A stretch of DNA of 64,000 bases from Carcharhinus amblyrhynchos. Taxonomy: Eukaryota. Each line of letters starts with the position of its first letter. Positions within the stretch are counted from its first letter, which is position 1. The translations under genes and the position numbers were made by a program. The notes below the pieces were generated by a model. The model ran no database searches. It saw nothing but the letters and a program-made list of their open reading frames with translations, and had not been told where the DNA came from. This document shows, piece by piece, positions 26,535-38,500 of this stretch. The DNA lies in assembly GCA_965287045.1 (NCBI GenBank), contig OZ336883.1, positions 47,306,001 through 47,370,000 on the forward strand, read 5' to 3'.

Positions 26535-29031
26535 ACCTATTTACCATCCAGCTTGGCTTAATGGATCGTTATCATGATTGACAGCACTCTCTCCTTTTTA
26601 TAAAATGTTGGGCGGGATTTTCCAGCCACACACGCCCCAAAACTGTAAAATTCCGCCCAAGGTCAATGGACATTTCCATGGTTTCACCCTTCACCTGCTC
26701 CGATTCCTGTGGCGGATGGGACTCCCCCAGTTATCTCATTGCCTTTATCGCTTACACAATCAAGTAATTAATCAGCGTAAAAAAGTTGTGAAAAACTTTA
26801 TTGATCAAATTAATACATGTAGCGGCTTACTATAGTCCCTGCAAAGCTATCCTAGCTGAGTTCAGCTAACTCAGTACACAGAAAGATTCAAAACTTATCT
26901 ATATAACCTAATAACTGCATAATGTGTCGATGCATCACTGGGGGGTGCTGGGCATTTAATCTTTGTTACATAGTTGAATTGAGCATTCAATATATTTATC
27001 TCTTTGGCACCACAGGGATTTTGTGATTTGATGATCTGTACCAGTTCACATTCAAATTAATGTAGTATTCTTGTTATCCTTTGCTGAGATGGAAGAAATG
27101 CTTTGCTTTTTTTAAAGAAGGTTTGATTCTTTCAGATAAATGTTTTTGGTTGAAGAATCATGACATAGTGATTATCAGGTTGACATGGAAAATTTAAGCA
27201 GGCAGCTTCTTTGAATAGATTTGTGTCACAGGCCTCTAACAAGATAACATTTTTCAAGTTTCATCAGAAATAGCTGCTGAGTACCCTACAGCACAAGAAA
27301 ATGAGAGTACAAGTGTAATGTTCTTTAAATTGTCATACCTCAGGATAAAAATTACATTCAAAATATTGAAAACCGTAAAGCGCAAAGCATCCTGAAAATT
27401 CTATGGCATTTATGTTTTTTCACGACTAAAGTCACTAATATTACGTTCCTTAGAAAATAAAAGTAAAATAGATTTTGTTTGGTTTTGAGAGTTCAAAATT
27501 TACTATTGTGTGCTTTTATTAATTGAATAAAACCAATCTTACTATCGACGAACAAAAAGTTTAAACTTAAAAATACCCGTACACACAAATAATGCACTTT
27601 ATTAATTCTTAAAATTACCAGTGCTCAAATTATAATACCTGAGTGAAATTGTCATATAAATGATCTGGTATGGAGGTTTGATGCCCTTTATATGTTGAAT
27701 ACACGTGCAACAGTCACGGAGGTATGGAATGCTATAATACAGAACATTCAGCCTGTAAGGCATGTACAATATATATTTTTATCCGCAGGAGCCCCCTCCT
27801 GCTTATTCCCCATACTCTTAAGTGTTACTCATGTTCAAGCAGTTATTTGATTTCATTTTAAAGGAATTTCTGCGTCAACAGTTTCCCATGTACATCCTGT
27901 CCAAAAAGTAAATGAACAAATCCAACCCATCAAATTCCCATCCAATCAATCTACTCTCAATCATCAATAAATGATGGAAGATATTGTTGACAGTGGTATC
28001 AAGCAACACTTACTCAGCAATAACTGTTTGCTAATGCTCAGTTTGGGTTCCACCAGGGTCACTCAGTTCCTCACCTGATGACAGCCTTAGTCCAAACATG
28101 GACAAAAGAGCTGAACTGAAAAGGTGATTGCCCTTAAGTTAACATCAAGGCAACTTTTGAACGAGTGTAGCATCAAGGAGCCCTAGCAAAACAAGTCAAT
28201 AAGAATCAGGGAAAACTACATTGGTTAAAATACGTAGCACAAAGATTGTGGTTGTTGCAAGTCAATCATCTCAGTCCTGGGATATCGCTGCAGGAGTTCT
28301 TCAGGGATCAACCTAGTGAATCTCCTCCGCACCCCCTCCAGTGTCAGTATATCCTTTCTCAAGTAAGGAGACCAAAACTGTACAGAGTACTCTAGGTGTG
28401 GCCTCACCAGTACCTTATACAGCTGCAACATAACCTCGCTGTTTTTAAACTCCATCCCTCTAGCAATGAAGGACAAAATTCCATTTGCCTTCTTAATTAT
28501 CTGTTGCAACAGCAAACCAACTTTGTTCTTCAGGGTAGTGTCCAACTATGTTCAACTGCTTCATCACTGCCCATCCCTCCATCGTAAGGTCAGAGTGGGG
28601 ATGTTCACTGATGATAGCACAATGCTCATCACCATTCTTGACTCCTCAGATACTGAAGCAGTCGTGTCAATATGCAGCAAGATCTGGACAGCACTCAAGC
28701 TTGGCCTAGCAAGGGGGAAATAACATCTATGCCACACAAGTGCCAGGAAATGGCCATCTCCACCAATAGAAAACTAACCATCTGCTCTTGGCATTCAATG
28801 GCATTGTTATTGTTGAATCCCCCACTATCAAAATCCTGGGGATTACCATTAACCAGAAAGTGAACTGGACTAGCCATATAAGTATATGACGGCAACAAGT
28901 GCAGGTCAAAGGCTGGGAATTCTGAGATGAGTAACTCGTCTCCTGACTCGCCAAAGCCTGTCTACTATCTACAAGGCACCAAGCCAGGAGTGTGATGGAA
29001 TACTCTCTACTTGCCTGGGTGATTCCAGGTC

Positions 29032-30610
29032 TGTTGTGGGGTAAATTGAGAAGGTCAGTACTGTCCTTAACTACAGACAATACAAAACTCACAAGTCAGA
29101 TATCTCTGTATAAAGACGTAACATTATTTAAAACTAAAACACAACAGGCAGCTGCTTGGAGATCACCAAAAGGGTTAAGTAGCTCTCAAATAGAGCGGTA
29201 GAACCTCTCTAATGAATCTTATGTATACAATCTAAAACAGATTGATTTTCTTATTGATCATTTCTTCCACATATTAGCTAAAATCAATTACATTTAGCAT
29301 ACAGGAACCTGGTTGTCCTTGTGCAGGAATCTTGAGTTGGTTTGCAGGTGCAGCAGATAATTAAGAAGGCAAATGGAATTTTGTCCTTCATTGCTAGAGG
29401 GAAGGAGTTTAAAAACAGCGAGGTTATGTTGCAGCTGTATAAGGTGCTGGTAAGGCCATACCTAGAGTACTGTAGACAGTTCTGGTCTCCTTACATGAGA
29501 ATGGATATACTGGCACTGGAGGGGGTGCAGAGGAGATTCATTAGGTTGATTCCGGAATTGAGAGAGTTGCCTTATGAGGGAAGACTGAGTAGACTGGGGC
29601 TATACTCATTGGAATTCAGAAGAATGAGGGGAGATCTTATGAAGGGAATAGACAAGATAGAAGCAGGGAAGTTGTTTCCACTGGCGGGTAAAACTAGAAC
29701 TAGGGGGCAGAGCCTCAAAATAAGGGGAAGCCGATTTAGGACTGAATTGAGGAGGAATTTCTTCACACAAAGGGTTGTGAATCTGTGGAATTCCCTGCCC
29801 AGTGAAGCAGTTGAGGCTACTCATTGAATGTTTTTAAGGCAAGGATGGATAAATTTTTGAACAGTAAAGGAATTAAGGGTTATGGTGAGTGGGTGGGTAA
29901 GTGGAGCTGAATCCACAAAAAGATTAGCCATGACCTTATTGAATGGCTGAGCAGGCTCGAGGGGCCAGATGGCCTACTCCTAGTTCTTATGTTTGTATTA
30001 CACACATCATTAAAAATCTCTGTCAAGTAACTCAGCCAATTGCATTTTACCATGTCTCATTCATCCATTCAATCTGGACACTAATTCCCATCTTGACTGA
30101 ACTCTTTTGCATATTGCTAGGTAACTAGACACTCATCATAAGGTCAAAGTGAACATTTCCACAGGCTCATTGCCAAATTGGATAGATACGTGATCCTGCA
30201 TCCAGGTATCTATCTATTCTATGTCTAGACAATTAATATCCCTATTCATAATATTGCATGGTGTGTCCCCTCACCAGAAACTTTGATATGAATTCTGCTA
30301 ACTACCAGGGTTCCCAGGACTTTGGCTCAAAACTATTTGCCTTTACTATCATACCTTACAGTAACTTGCTTTTGGCCGAAATGGACAATGATTCATTCAA
30401 TGCTTAAAGTACATTTAAAATATCAGCATATATGCTTTAAAATCAGAATTATTTATTTAATTCTCTTATTGCACCCATATATGTGTAAACTGTGTCATCA
30501 GCTTATTAACTTTGTTTCAAGAATCATTTAACTCTTTGCTAGTAGTGTGTCAGTGCCTTATGGATTCTGTCTAAAACATTACTAGCTGGTTAATAATTTC
30601 CATTTTCAAC
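29032..30610. mobile_element. Probable solo LTR, itself interrupted by CR1
   Basis: Non-coding insert beginning TGTTG and ending about CAAC that splits the host LINE cleanly. The TSD is degenerate. Confidence 0.45.
29303..29993 (+). mobile_element. CR1 LINE 3' portion
   Basis: 161-aa RT C-terminal ORF and a CR1 tail. Confidence 0.92.
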
Positions 30611-30994
30611 CTCTAACAACTGTCAAAACACCATCCAGGACACAGCAGCCTGCCTGTTTGGCACCCCATCCACCACCTTCAACATTCACATGCTCCACCA
30701 TAACCACACAATGGCAGCAGTGCATACCATCTATGTGCTGCAGGAACTCACAGACTCCTTTGACAGCATCTTCCACACTCACAATCTGTAGCACCTAGGT
30801 GGTCAAGGGCAGCAGATACATGGGAACACCGTCACCTGCAAATACTCCTCCAAGCCACACACAATCCTGACTTGAAATTATATCACCTTTTCTTTTCTGT
30901 CATTGGGTCAAAATGGTGGAACTTGCTTCCTAACTGCAGTGTGGCTATACCGACATCACGTGGACAGCAGTGATTAAAGAAGGCAGCTCACCAC

Positions 30995-31813
30995 TGTGCC
31001 AGTACTGTGTCTTTAAGAAATGTATTTTAGTCATATTTCTCAACAGGATGTTTTAGCAAGTCACCTCAATTTTTGTTGGCATCATGTTGTCTGTAATTAA
31101 TGTTCTTTATTGTTACTGAGGCAGTACAATTCACATTATGTTGATTTTAATCTGAATTAATTCAGTGTTCTGTGGTTTTAATGTTCCCTGGAATTGCTGA
31201 GTGGATCTTGATTAGAGGTGATTGACAGGTCATGTCATGTCACTGAGGACAGCTATTTTTCACAGAGCATTCCAGTTTTTAGTTTTGTTTTCAAAAGCAG
31301 TTTAAAGCTAAGAGAAACAGCAGCGTTTTACCCTCTCTGGAGTTAGAGTTTTTCACTGTTTAAGTGTTGGTGTGTTGGAAATGCCAGAGACTGGGTTTAC
31401 CTCTGAGGTTTTGCTGTTTTGAGGACATATCCTTCTCTGAAAATGGCTGGCTTAGGTTTCTGTCCATAGGTGTTACAAAGCTGAAATTCCAACATCGTGT
31501 GAACATTCTTGTTTTTGTGCTAAGTCTGAAAAAGGGTGCATGTCTGTGGGATGGTGCTTTAACTTGGAACAACAGAGAAAGCTAGCTGTTAGGAGTTATA
31601 CTGTATCATGTTTAAGTCTTGTAATTGGTAAAAGTTATGCTAATTCTTTTCTATTCTGTATTCTAACCGTGTTCTTAAATCGACGTTGTTTGATAAAAGC
31701 TTCCTAGTGGGGTCACTTGAATCATACCAGAAGTGAAACACTGCTCACCAATGTCAAAATCAAATGTAAATCTTGTGGTCTAGGCTAATTTCACAAAACG
31801 TTAGATCTTAACA
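30995..31813 (+). mobile_element. Solo LTR (Gypsy-like, 4-bp TSD)
   Basis: 819-bp insert with TGT...ACA termini, flanked by CCAC/CCAT, inside the host LINE tail CTCACCAC|CACCTT. Confidence 0.75.
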
Positions 31814-33902
31814 CCATCACCTTCCCAAGGGCAATTAGAGATGGGCAACAAATGCTGACCTTGCAAGTCATGTCCACATCATCGGAAAAAATATATTTTC
31901 AAAAGCCACTAGGTCAAAAGTGCAGGAAGTAGTTTGGGAACAATGAAGGAGAGAATCATAGTGTGACACTGGGCCAGTCTACTTTTGTTGAGATCAAGTG
32001 AACAATTCTACTGCTCCTGGATCCACAAAATCTATTTCAAATGAACTTTTCCAGGGCATCTTCAGTTCTGTGGAACTGGTTGGATAACCCTTCTATCCAA
32101 GAAGTATTTCATAGGACTTAAATTTGTATTTAAACTCTTCGGCCTGTTTCATGAAATAGGCAGGCACTATGTTTGCCAAGAGATGTAGACTCCTTCAATT
32201 GCTGCAATAGACTGATGTTAACAATGCCGTAAGCAAAGTGATTCCATTCTGAGACCATTACCAAGTAAGTTGATTTTGGCAAATTATCATTGACTTCATG
32301 AAGTCCATAAAGTATCCACTTGCTATGGCATCATAGATGCCATCATACAGAAATCTAATCCCACCTTCATCCAGAATTCACACACATGCACTTTCTACCA
32401 AGGCTTCTGAGACAGCAAGTAGGCAAGAACTAGGCACTTTTATGAGACCAAATTGTAGTGCCTCCAGAATGCTAACTTGCTGACACAATGACTGGAATTT
32501 TGCCAGCACATCGCGGGTTCCACCACTGGAATCAAAAGCGAATCCCAAGTCTGCACAGGCAAATGTGGGACCGCAGAGGAAATTGTACCAGCAGCAGCCA
32601 GTGAAGAGACCACTGCTGGGATAACCACTTTACTAAAAATGGTGGCCTGGTACATTATGGAGAATAACAAATATGAAACACCACATCCCTAGACAAGCAA
32701 AGATGTCTGCAGCACTGTGTTTCACTCATCTCCATGTATGGGAGACATCTTCTGTCGACCCTTGGTCACACCAAATGCTTCAGTGGATTTAATCCCTCCT
32801 CTTCTTCAGTCTTCAAGGGCCCTGCTGGCTTTTGGTGCTCAAGGCAGCAGTCTTCCCTGAGTTGTGCAAAGGGCAACAGGCTCCTCTTCTTCTCACACAT
32901 CAAACCTTTCAAAAAGGCAGCATGGCCTACAGCCTGTATTCTCCACTTCTCCTTGTATCTGTGCATAAGTAGATTAAAGACATGATTGCACCTTTCCCTG
33001 GAATGCTCTCCCTCCATCTCCTGGCATCCCCAGGCCATTCCTTGCACCCAAAGAACATTCAGAATGCTCACAAGTTGCTAACTTGGCAGCACATTAACAC
33101 AGAGGGTCTTGATCAACATGTGTGCACCCTCAGTCAGCTCATTGTCACCTTGTCTCCGTTAGCCTAACACTGCTCTCATCTTGTATGAATGTTATAACAG
33201 TAAGCATTGTGCCCTGTAAGTCATGACCATTGAAATTAGAATATTGAGGCTTGTAGTGTATGTGTAGCTCCTGGCTAGTCCTTGTTTGATACTCTTTTGC
33301 TTTTTGAATGCTTCTGTCCAGGACAGCTACCCAATCAGACCACCTCAAATGTAACCCCAACCTTAATTGATTGCTGCATGAATGTGTAAAGCTGCAATAC
33401 ACTCCTGGAACCAAACTCTTTAGGTGACTGACCAAGCCCTACACATCATTCTCTGCATGACTGTCACTGCCCAGAGAATCCTTCAACAGCCCAAGAACAG
33501 GACCAAGATATACATGCGATGCAGAGTTCTTTAACATGGACTGCATAGCCCCAGGACAATTTGTCATATCTCCCTCCTGGCAGTGTGGCCTCAGCCTCAG
33601 AGCAATTTGGCACCTTGGACAGTCTGATAATTCTTTCTCCAGGACAATATTTCACTACTCCACTTTGTTCCTTTTCCATTACCCCATTATGCCACTGTGT
33701 TCCCCCTTCTCTTCCATGTTCCATTATCCCATACTCTACTTTCCAGTCTTGCCTCTGCTGTCATCCTCCCTGCTGGTTTTGCCTTCTGTGCCCAGTCTGG
33801 ATACAGCTCATAAAACAAGCACTGAAATCTTGCAGCAACGCTGTTGAAGGTAGGTAGAAGAGTGTTCATGTGCATCAAAGTCAAGGACGAAGTGAAGCTC
33901 AC

Positions 33903-34311
33903 CAGTTTTTGAGGCAACTTTATATCCTATCACGGGATAGTCCAAAAATAGCCATGTTTAAGAGAATAGAATATGACACATTAACTGCATGGTTAAAAGA
34001 AACACAATTTAACAAAGACCAGATGGTGGAAAATGTAGTGGGACAATGGGCAGAATTTTCCCAAAAATTGGTGAAAGTGTCATGTTCTGATGGGAAGCTG
34101 ATCTCCAGATCTTCTGACACTTTGTCAAAAAAAAGCACTGTGATTCTTGAGGGGCAGGGCGTAAAGACAGTGGCAAGGCTGGTTCCACAGAGATGGGGTG
34201 CCTCGCTCTCAAAGTTAAGAGACAGGCCCCTAACCCCTCTCCTACCGATATTGGGGAACTCCCCCCTGCCCCCCAACCACCCATCCACCATCACTGGCAA
34301 TCTCCCCACAC
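33903..34311 (+). repeat. Copy 1 of a local ~410-bp direct duplication
   Basis: Highly similar to 35289-35705, with one 8-nt indel and scattered substitutions. Confidence 0.95.
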
Positions 34312-34835
34312 TTATATACAGTCAGGAAAAATACAGTCCTAATTATAGAAACACAGACCATTACAGCACAGTACAGGCCCTTCGGCCCTCAATGTTGTGC
34401 CAAGCTAATTATCCACTGGTAGGATGCTTAATTTGAGAGAGAACACAATTCCAGCGTGTTGGTCTTTTAATTTCTTGACATTGACCAGCAGGAATTTGGG
34501 AGAACAGAATTCCAAACTAATTTCCTGCCAGCAGGAAACTAACTTTTGCTGTCACTCCAAATTTGATACACTCTTACATAGCTTAGATCCAATCAAAAAT
34601 GATAAACAGCAATTAAATTGAGGAAGAATTGGAATTTGTGATAGTATTTTTCCCACATCTGTTTCTTGCACATTTGGAATCACAGCAAAAATGTTTGGTA
34701 AATCAATAATCAGAGAGTTTAACCATCAATTGTAAAACATTGCAGTGATGCAACAGTTTATACAAATAAATGAGAGATTCTGAATTTTAATAGTTAACAA
34801 TATGTGCCTTTGGTGAGGTTACATCTGTAAGGTTT

Positions 34836-35120
34836 TATTTTATTTATTACTGTCACAAGTTGGCTTTCATTAACACTGCAATGAAGTTGCTGTGAAAATC
34901 CCCTAGTCGCCACACTCCAGTTCCTGTTCGGGTACACCAAGGGAGAATTTAGCATGGCCAATGTACCCAACCAGCACGTCTTTCAGATCTTGGAAGGAAA
35001 TCCATGCAGACACGGGGAGAATCTGCAGACTCTGCACACATAGTGACTCAAGCAGGGAATCGAACCCGGATCCCTGGTGTCATGAGGCAGCAGTGCTAAT
35101 CAATGTGCCACTGTGCCATC
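34836..35120 (-). mobile_element. HE1-like V-SINE with an alternative 3' tail
   Basis: Same head and core as HE1, but the tail is GCGACTAGGGGATTTTCACAG..CTTGTGACAGTAATAAATAAA. Second copy at about 47532-47822. Confidence 0.8.
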
Positions 35121-35288
35121 CCAAGGCTAGGAAAGGAAGCTGTCAATGCTACTATTCATAGTCTGAAAAATCAATCACTGTTTTATAAAATAGTGACCTG
35201 CTCATGATTGTTATCATTAAAGCTGTGAGAATAAAATATGCCAATCTTCTGGCGGTGGCAAGTAATAAAGCCTCCTGAGCTGAGGATG

Positions 35289-35705
35289 CAATTTTTGAGG
35301 CAACTTTATACCCTATCATGGGATAGTCCAAAATTAGCCATGTTTAAGGGAATAGAATATGACACATTAACTGCGTGGTTAAAAGAAATACAATTTAATA
35401 AAGACCAGATGGTGGAAAATGTAGTGGGACAATGGGCAGAGTTTTCCCAAAAATTGGTGAAAGTGTCATGTTCCGATGGGAAGCTGATGTGTTTCTCTCC
35501 AGACCTTCTGACACTTTGTCAAAAAAAAGCACTGTGATTCTTGAGGGACAGGGCCTAAAGACAGTGGCAAGGCTGGTCCCACAGAGATGGGGTGCCTCGC
35601 TCTCAAAGTTAAGAGACAGGCCCCTATCCCCTCTCCTACCGATATTGGGGAACTCCCCCCTGCCCCCCAACCACCCATCCACCATCACTGGCAATCTCCC
35701 CGCAC
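35289..35705 (+). repeat. Copy 2 of the local duplication; continues into a complete MITE (about 35432-35990)
   Basis: See copy 1. MITE ends are TGGGCAGAGTTTTC / GAAAATCACAGCCA. Confidence 0.9.
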
Positions 35706-36937
35706 CCACCCCCTCCCCACACCGCCATCATCACTGCTAATTTATCCCCCCACCATTGTTGCCCCACTCCCTGGCCCCTAACTTTGGCCGTATTTACATC
35801 CATACAAATGAATGTTAATCAGGCTCACAACCTCGCTAGGCGTGACTCTGATTACGTCGCAGGCAGGGGAGTGGGGAAGATTTAATTCTGAGATCATTCT
35901 GGTGTAAATCCCATTCTGGCCCTCTCACAAGAGTTAGCAGCCATAATGGGATTTGTGCCCACGGTGAACCTGCCCAGAAAATCACAGCCATAATCCTGAA
36001 ACACGACTGCGTGTGTATTACCTAGATTTGATAGTTATACATTGTAAGTAACTTCAGTTGATAAGTAAATATGATCAAGTTGCTTCTGAAAAAAATGGTA
36101 AAGCAAATATTTCTTAATTTTGAAATGATTGAATAAAAATCAGGGATTGTTACAGAATAGCTGAGAAACTTGGCTTTCAAATGGGTGGAAGGGTGTGGAA
36201 TTGGTTTACTGTTGTAATAGATACCTACTAAACATGCGAGAATTGTTAGGGCTTGTCTACTTCAGTCTCAATGAATTTTGAGTGTTGTGGTAAATCATAA
36301 CTGCTGCCAAACAACCTCCCTGTCATTGCAAGTGTGGAGATTCATTCTTTTAGATTTTAATTATTGTTGAAGATCAAAAGAAATTTTAAAAATGTAGTTT
36401 TTATTTATCATTCTGTCCCTTCTATCTACCTCCCACTTAATCCCCATCTTTCTTACATTGTTTCCTGTGTGTGGCATTGAGTTTACTTTTCGAATTTACA
36501 GTTCCTGTTCCAGGCTCTGTGTGGGAAATTTTAAACGCACAAATGGGCAGGTTTGAGTCAGGTGGGAATTTCAAATTTTGAAAATTTTAATCCTCACCCT
36601 GACTTCTGGTTTCAGTAAAACAGGGACATGGAACACACAAGCAACCCACAATGAGGTAATGAGTTGTCAATTTCAATATTATAATGAGACCACACGACTC
36701 ATATTTAACAAATATTTAAAAATTTAACAGTGACTGGCTGAGTGTTTAAGTCCTAGGAAATCCAGCAGCTGAAAGGTAGGAAGGACTACTGGATCCAGGA
36801 GTTAAGTACCTTTCTACTTACCTACCAGATCCTGTATACCTGCTTCATCAATGCAATGCAATTATGTATCCAATCCATTCTAATTTTGACCCCAATTCTG
36901 ATTTGTCACCCATCCCTCTTGCCCCACAATCTCACGA

Positions 36938-37415
36938 TCATAAGAACACAGGAAACAGGGGCAGGAGTAGACCATCTGCCTCTTCTCCACCATTTAACAT
37001 GATCATGGCTGATCTTAAGCTTCAACTGTATTTTCTTGTTCAATTGTTTTACCCCGTAATTCCCTGAGAGACCGAAAATCTACCTATCCCAGCTTTACAT
37101 AAATTCAATGATGGAGTACCCAAGGGCAGAGAATTCTAATGATTCACAATCCTTGGAGAGAAAAACATTCTCATCTTATCTCTGAATGAACAGACTCTTA
37201 CCTGAGAGTGTGCTTCCATGTTTTAGATTCACTGACCAGTGGAAACAATCGCTCAGCATCTCCCCTATCAAGCTCCTTTCTAATTTTGTAGGTTTCAATT
37301 AAATTGCCTTTCATTCTTCGGAACTCCAGAGAATATAGGCCCCATGTGGTCAGCCTGCCATCATAGGACAATATCCCATGCAGGGGACCAGTGAACATTC
37401 ACCATACAGTCTATC
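36938..37415 (-). mobile_element. CR1 3' fragment
   Basis: Translates GLYSLEFRRMKGNLIETYKI and has a CR1 tail. Confidence 0.85.
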
Positions 37416-37979
37416 TGGATGACTAAGGTGTTTTAACTGAGAATTGATTCTGCAGCCTTCCATCACACCTTTCTTAAAACTTTAAAAACCCCCATTACAT
37501 GAAAACTGGACACATATTTACATATTTGCAGAATATTTTTCAACATATACATCTAGACTGTACAAAGATACAAACATTGATCTCTGCAGGATATCACTGC
37601 AAGCTAATCCTAATTGATTGATCTGCAATTTTTACTTACAAAGACTCAGCTAATTCTAAATCTGTCATAGCAGATTACCTCAAGATTCTATCTCATAGAG
37701 GGTCAATTTTCTAGATGGACTCTCAATTAGGAAGTTCACTATTTGACCTTTTTCACCAGAAAGCTACAACCTCAATAATAGATTTTGTGGTTTAATTTTC
37801 AATCAATATTTTACATTTCTTCAACACTAATCACCTTATATTAATTTTCAATATATCTATCAAGTAATGCAAACTAAACAACACTAAAATGCATGCATTG
37901 TTTGCAGTGTATGTTGGCCAACGAAGTTTAGACTTTTAAACAATTAATTATTTCTATTTGTTGTTTTAGAGTGCACATA

Positions 37980-38500
37980 TTTGATTTATTTGACTTGATT
38001 TATTATTGTGACACATAATCGGCCGCAGTGAAAAATATTCTTTCTTGTGCACTGTACAGACAAAACATACCATTCAAAGAGTACATAGGGGAAAAGCAAA
38101 GGAGAGGGTGCAGAATATAGTGTTACAGTCATAGCTAGGGTGTTGAGAAAGATCAACTTAATATATGGTAGGTACATTCAAAAGTCTGATGGTAGCAAGG
38201 AAGAAGCTATTCTTGAGTCAGTTGATCAGACTTTTGTAGCTTTTTCCCAATGGAAGAAGGTGGAAGAGAGTATGTCCGGGTTGCATAGAGTCCTTGATTT
38301 TGTTGGCTGCTTTCCTGAGGCAGTGGAAAGGATAGACGAAGTCAATGGATGGGAGTCTGGTTTGCGTGATGCACTGGGCTACATTCACAATCCTTTGTAG
38401 TTTTCTGCAGTCTTCGTCAGAGCAGGTGCCATATCAAGCTGTGATACATCCACAAAGGGTGTTTTTATGGTGCATCTGTACAAATTGGTGAGAGTCGTAT
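37980..38500 (-). mobile_element. Rex1/Babar-type LINE 3' fragment
   Basis: Colinear with 2525-3030 and has the same tail. Confidence 0.8.

Larger units (their letters stand above)
27940..31890 (+). mobile_element. Second-family (CR1/L2 supergroup) LINE, fragmented by nested insertions
   Basis: RT motifs QFGF, IKATFERV, GMFTDDST and QQDLD. 3' tail GCAGCTCACCAC..CAAGGGCAATTAGAGATGGGCAACAAATGCTG. Interrupted at 28307-28524, about 29032-30610 and 30995-31813. Confidence 0.8.

Noticed and set aside
33870-34436. 188-aa ORF (and 99-aa ORF at 35238) with a protein-like segment LRQLY..MFK.IEYDTLTAWLKE
   Set aside because: Between the two duplicated copies I count 5 non-synonymous and 3 synonymous changes in the shared flank, plus a frameshifting 8-nt indel. 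It runs into a MITE and matches no family I recognise.
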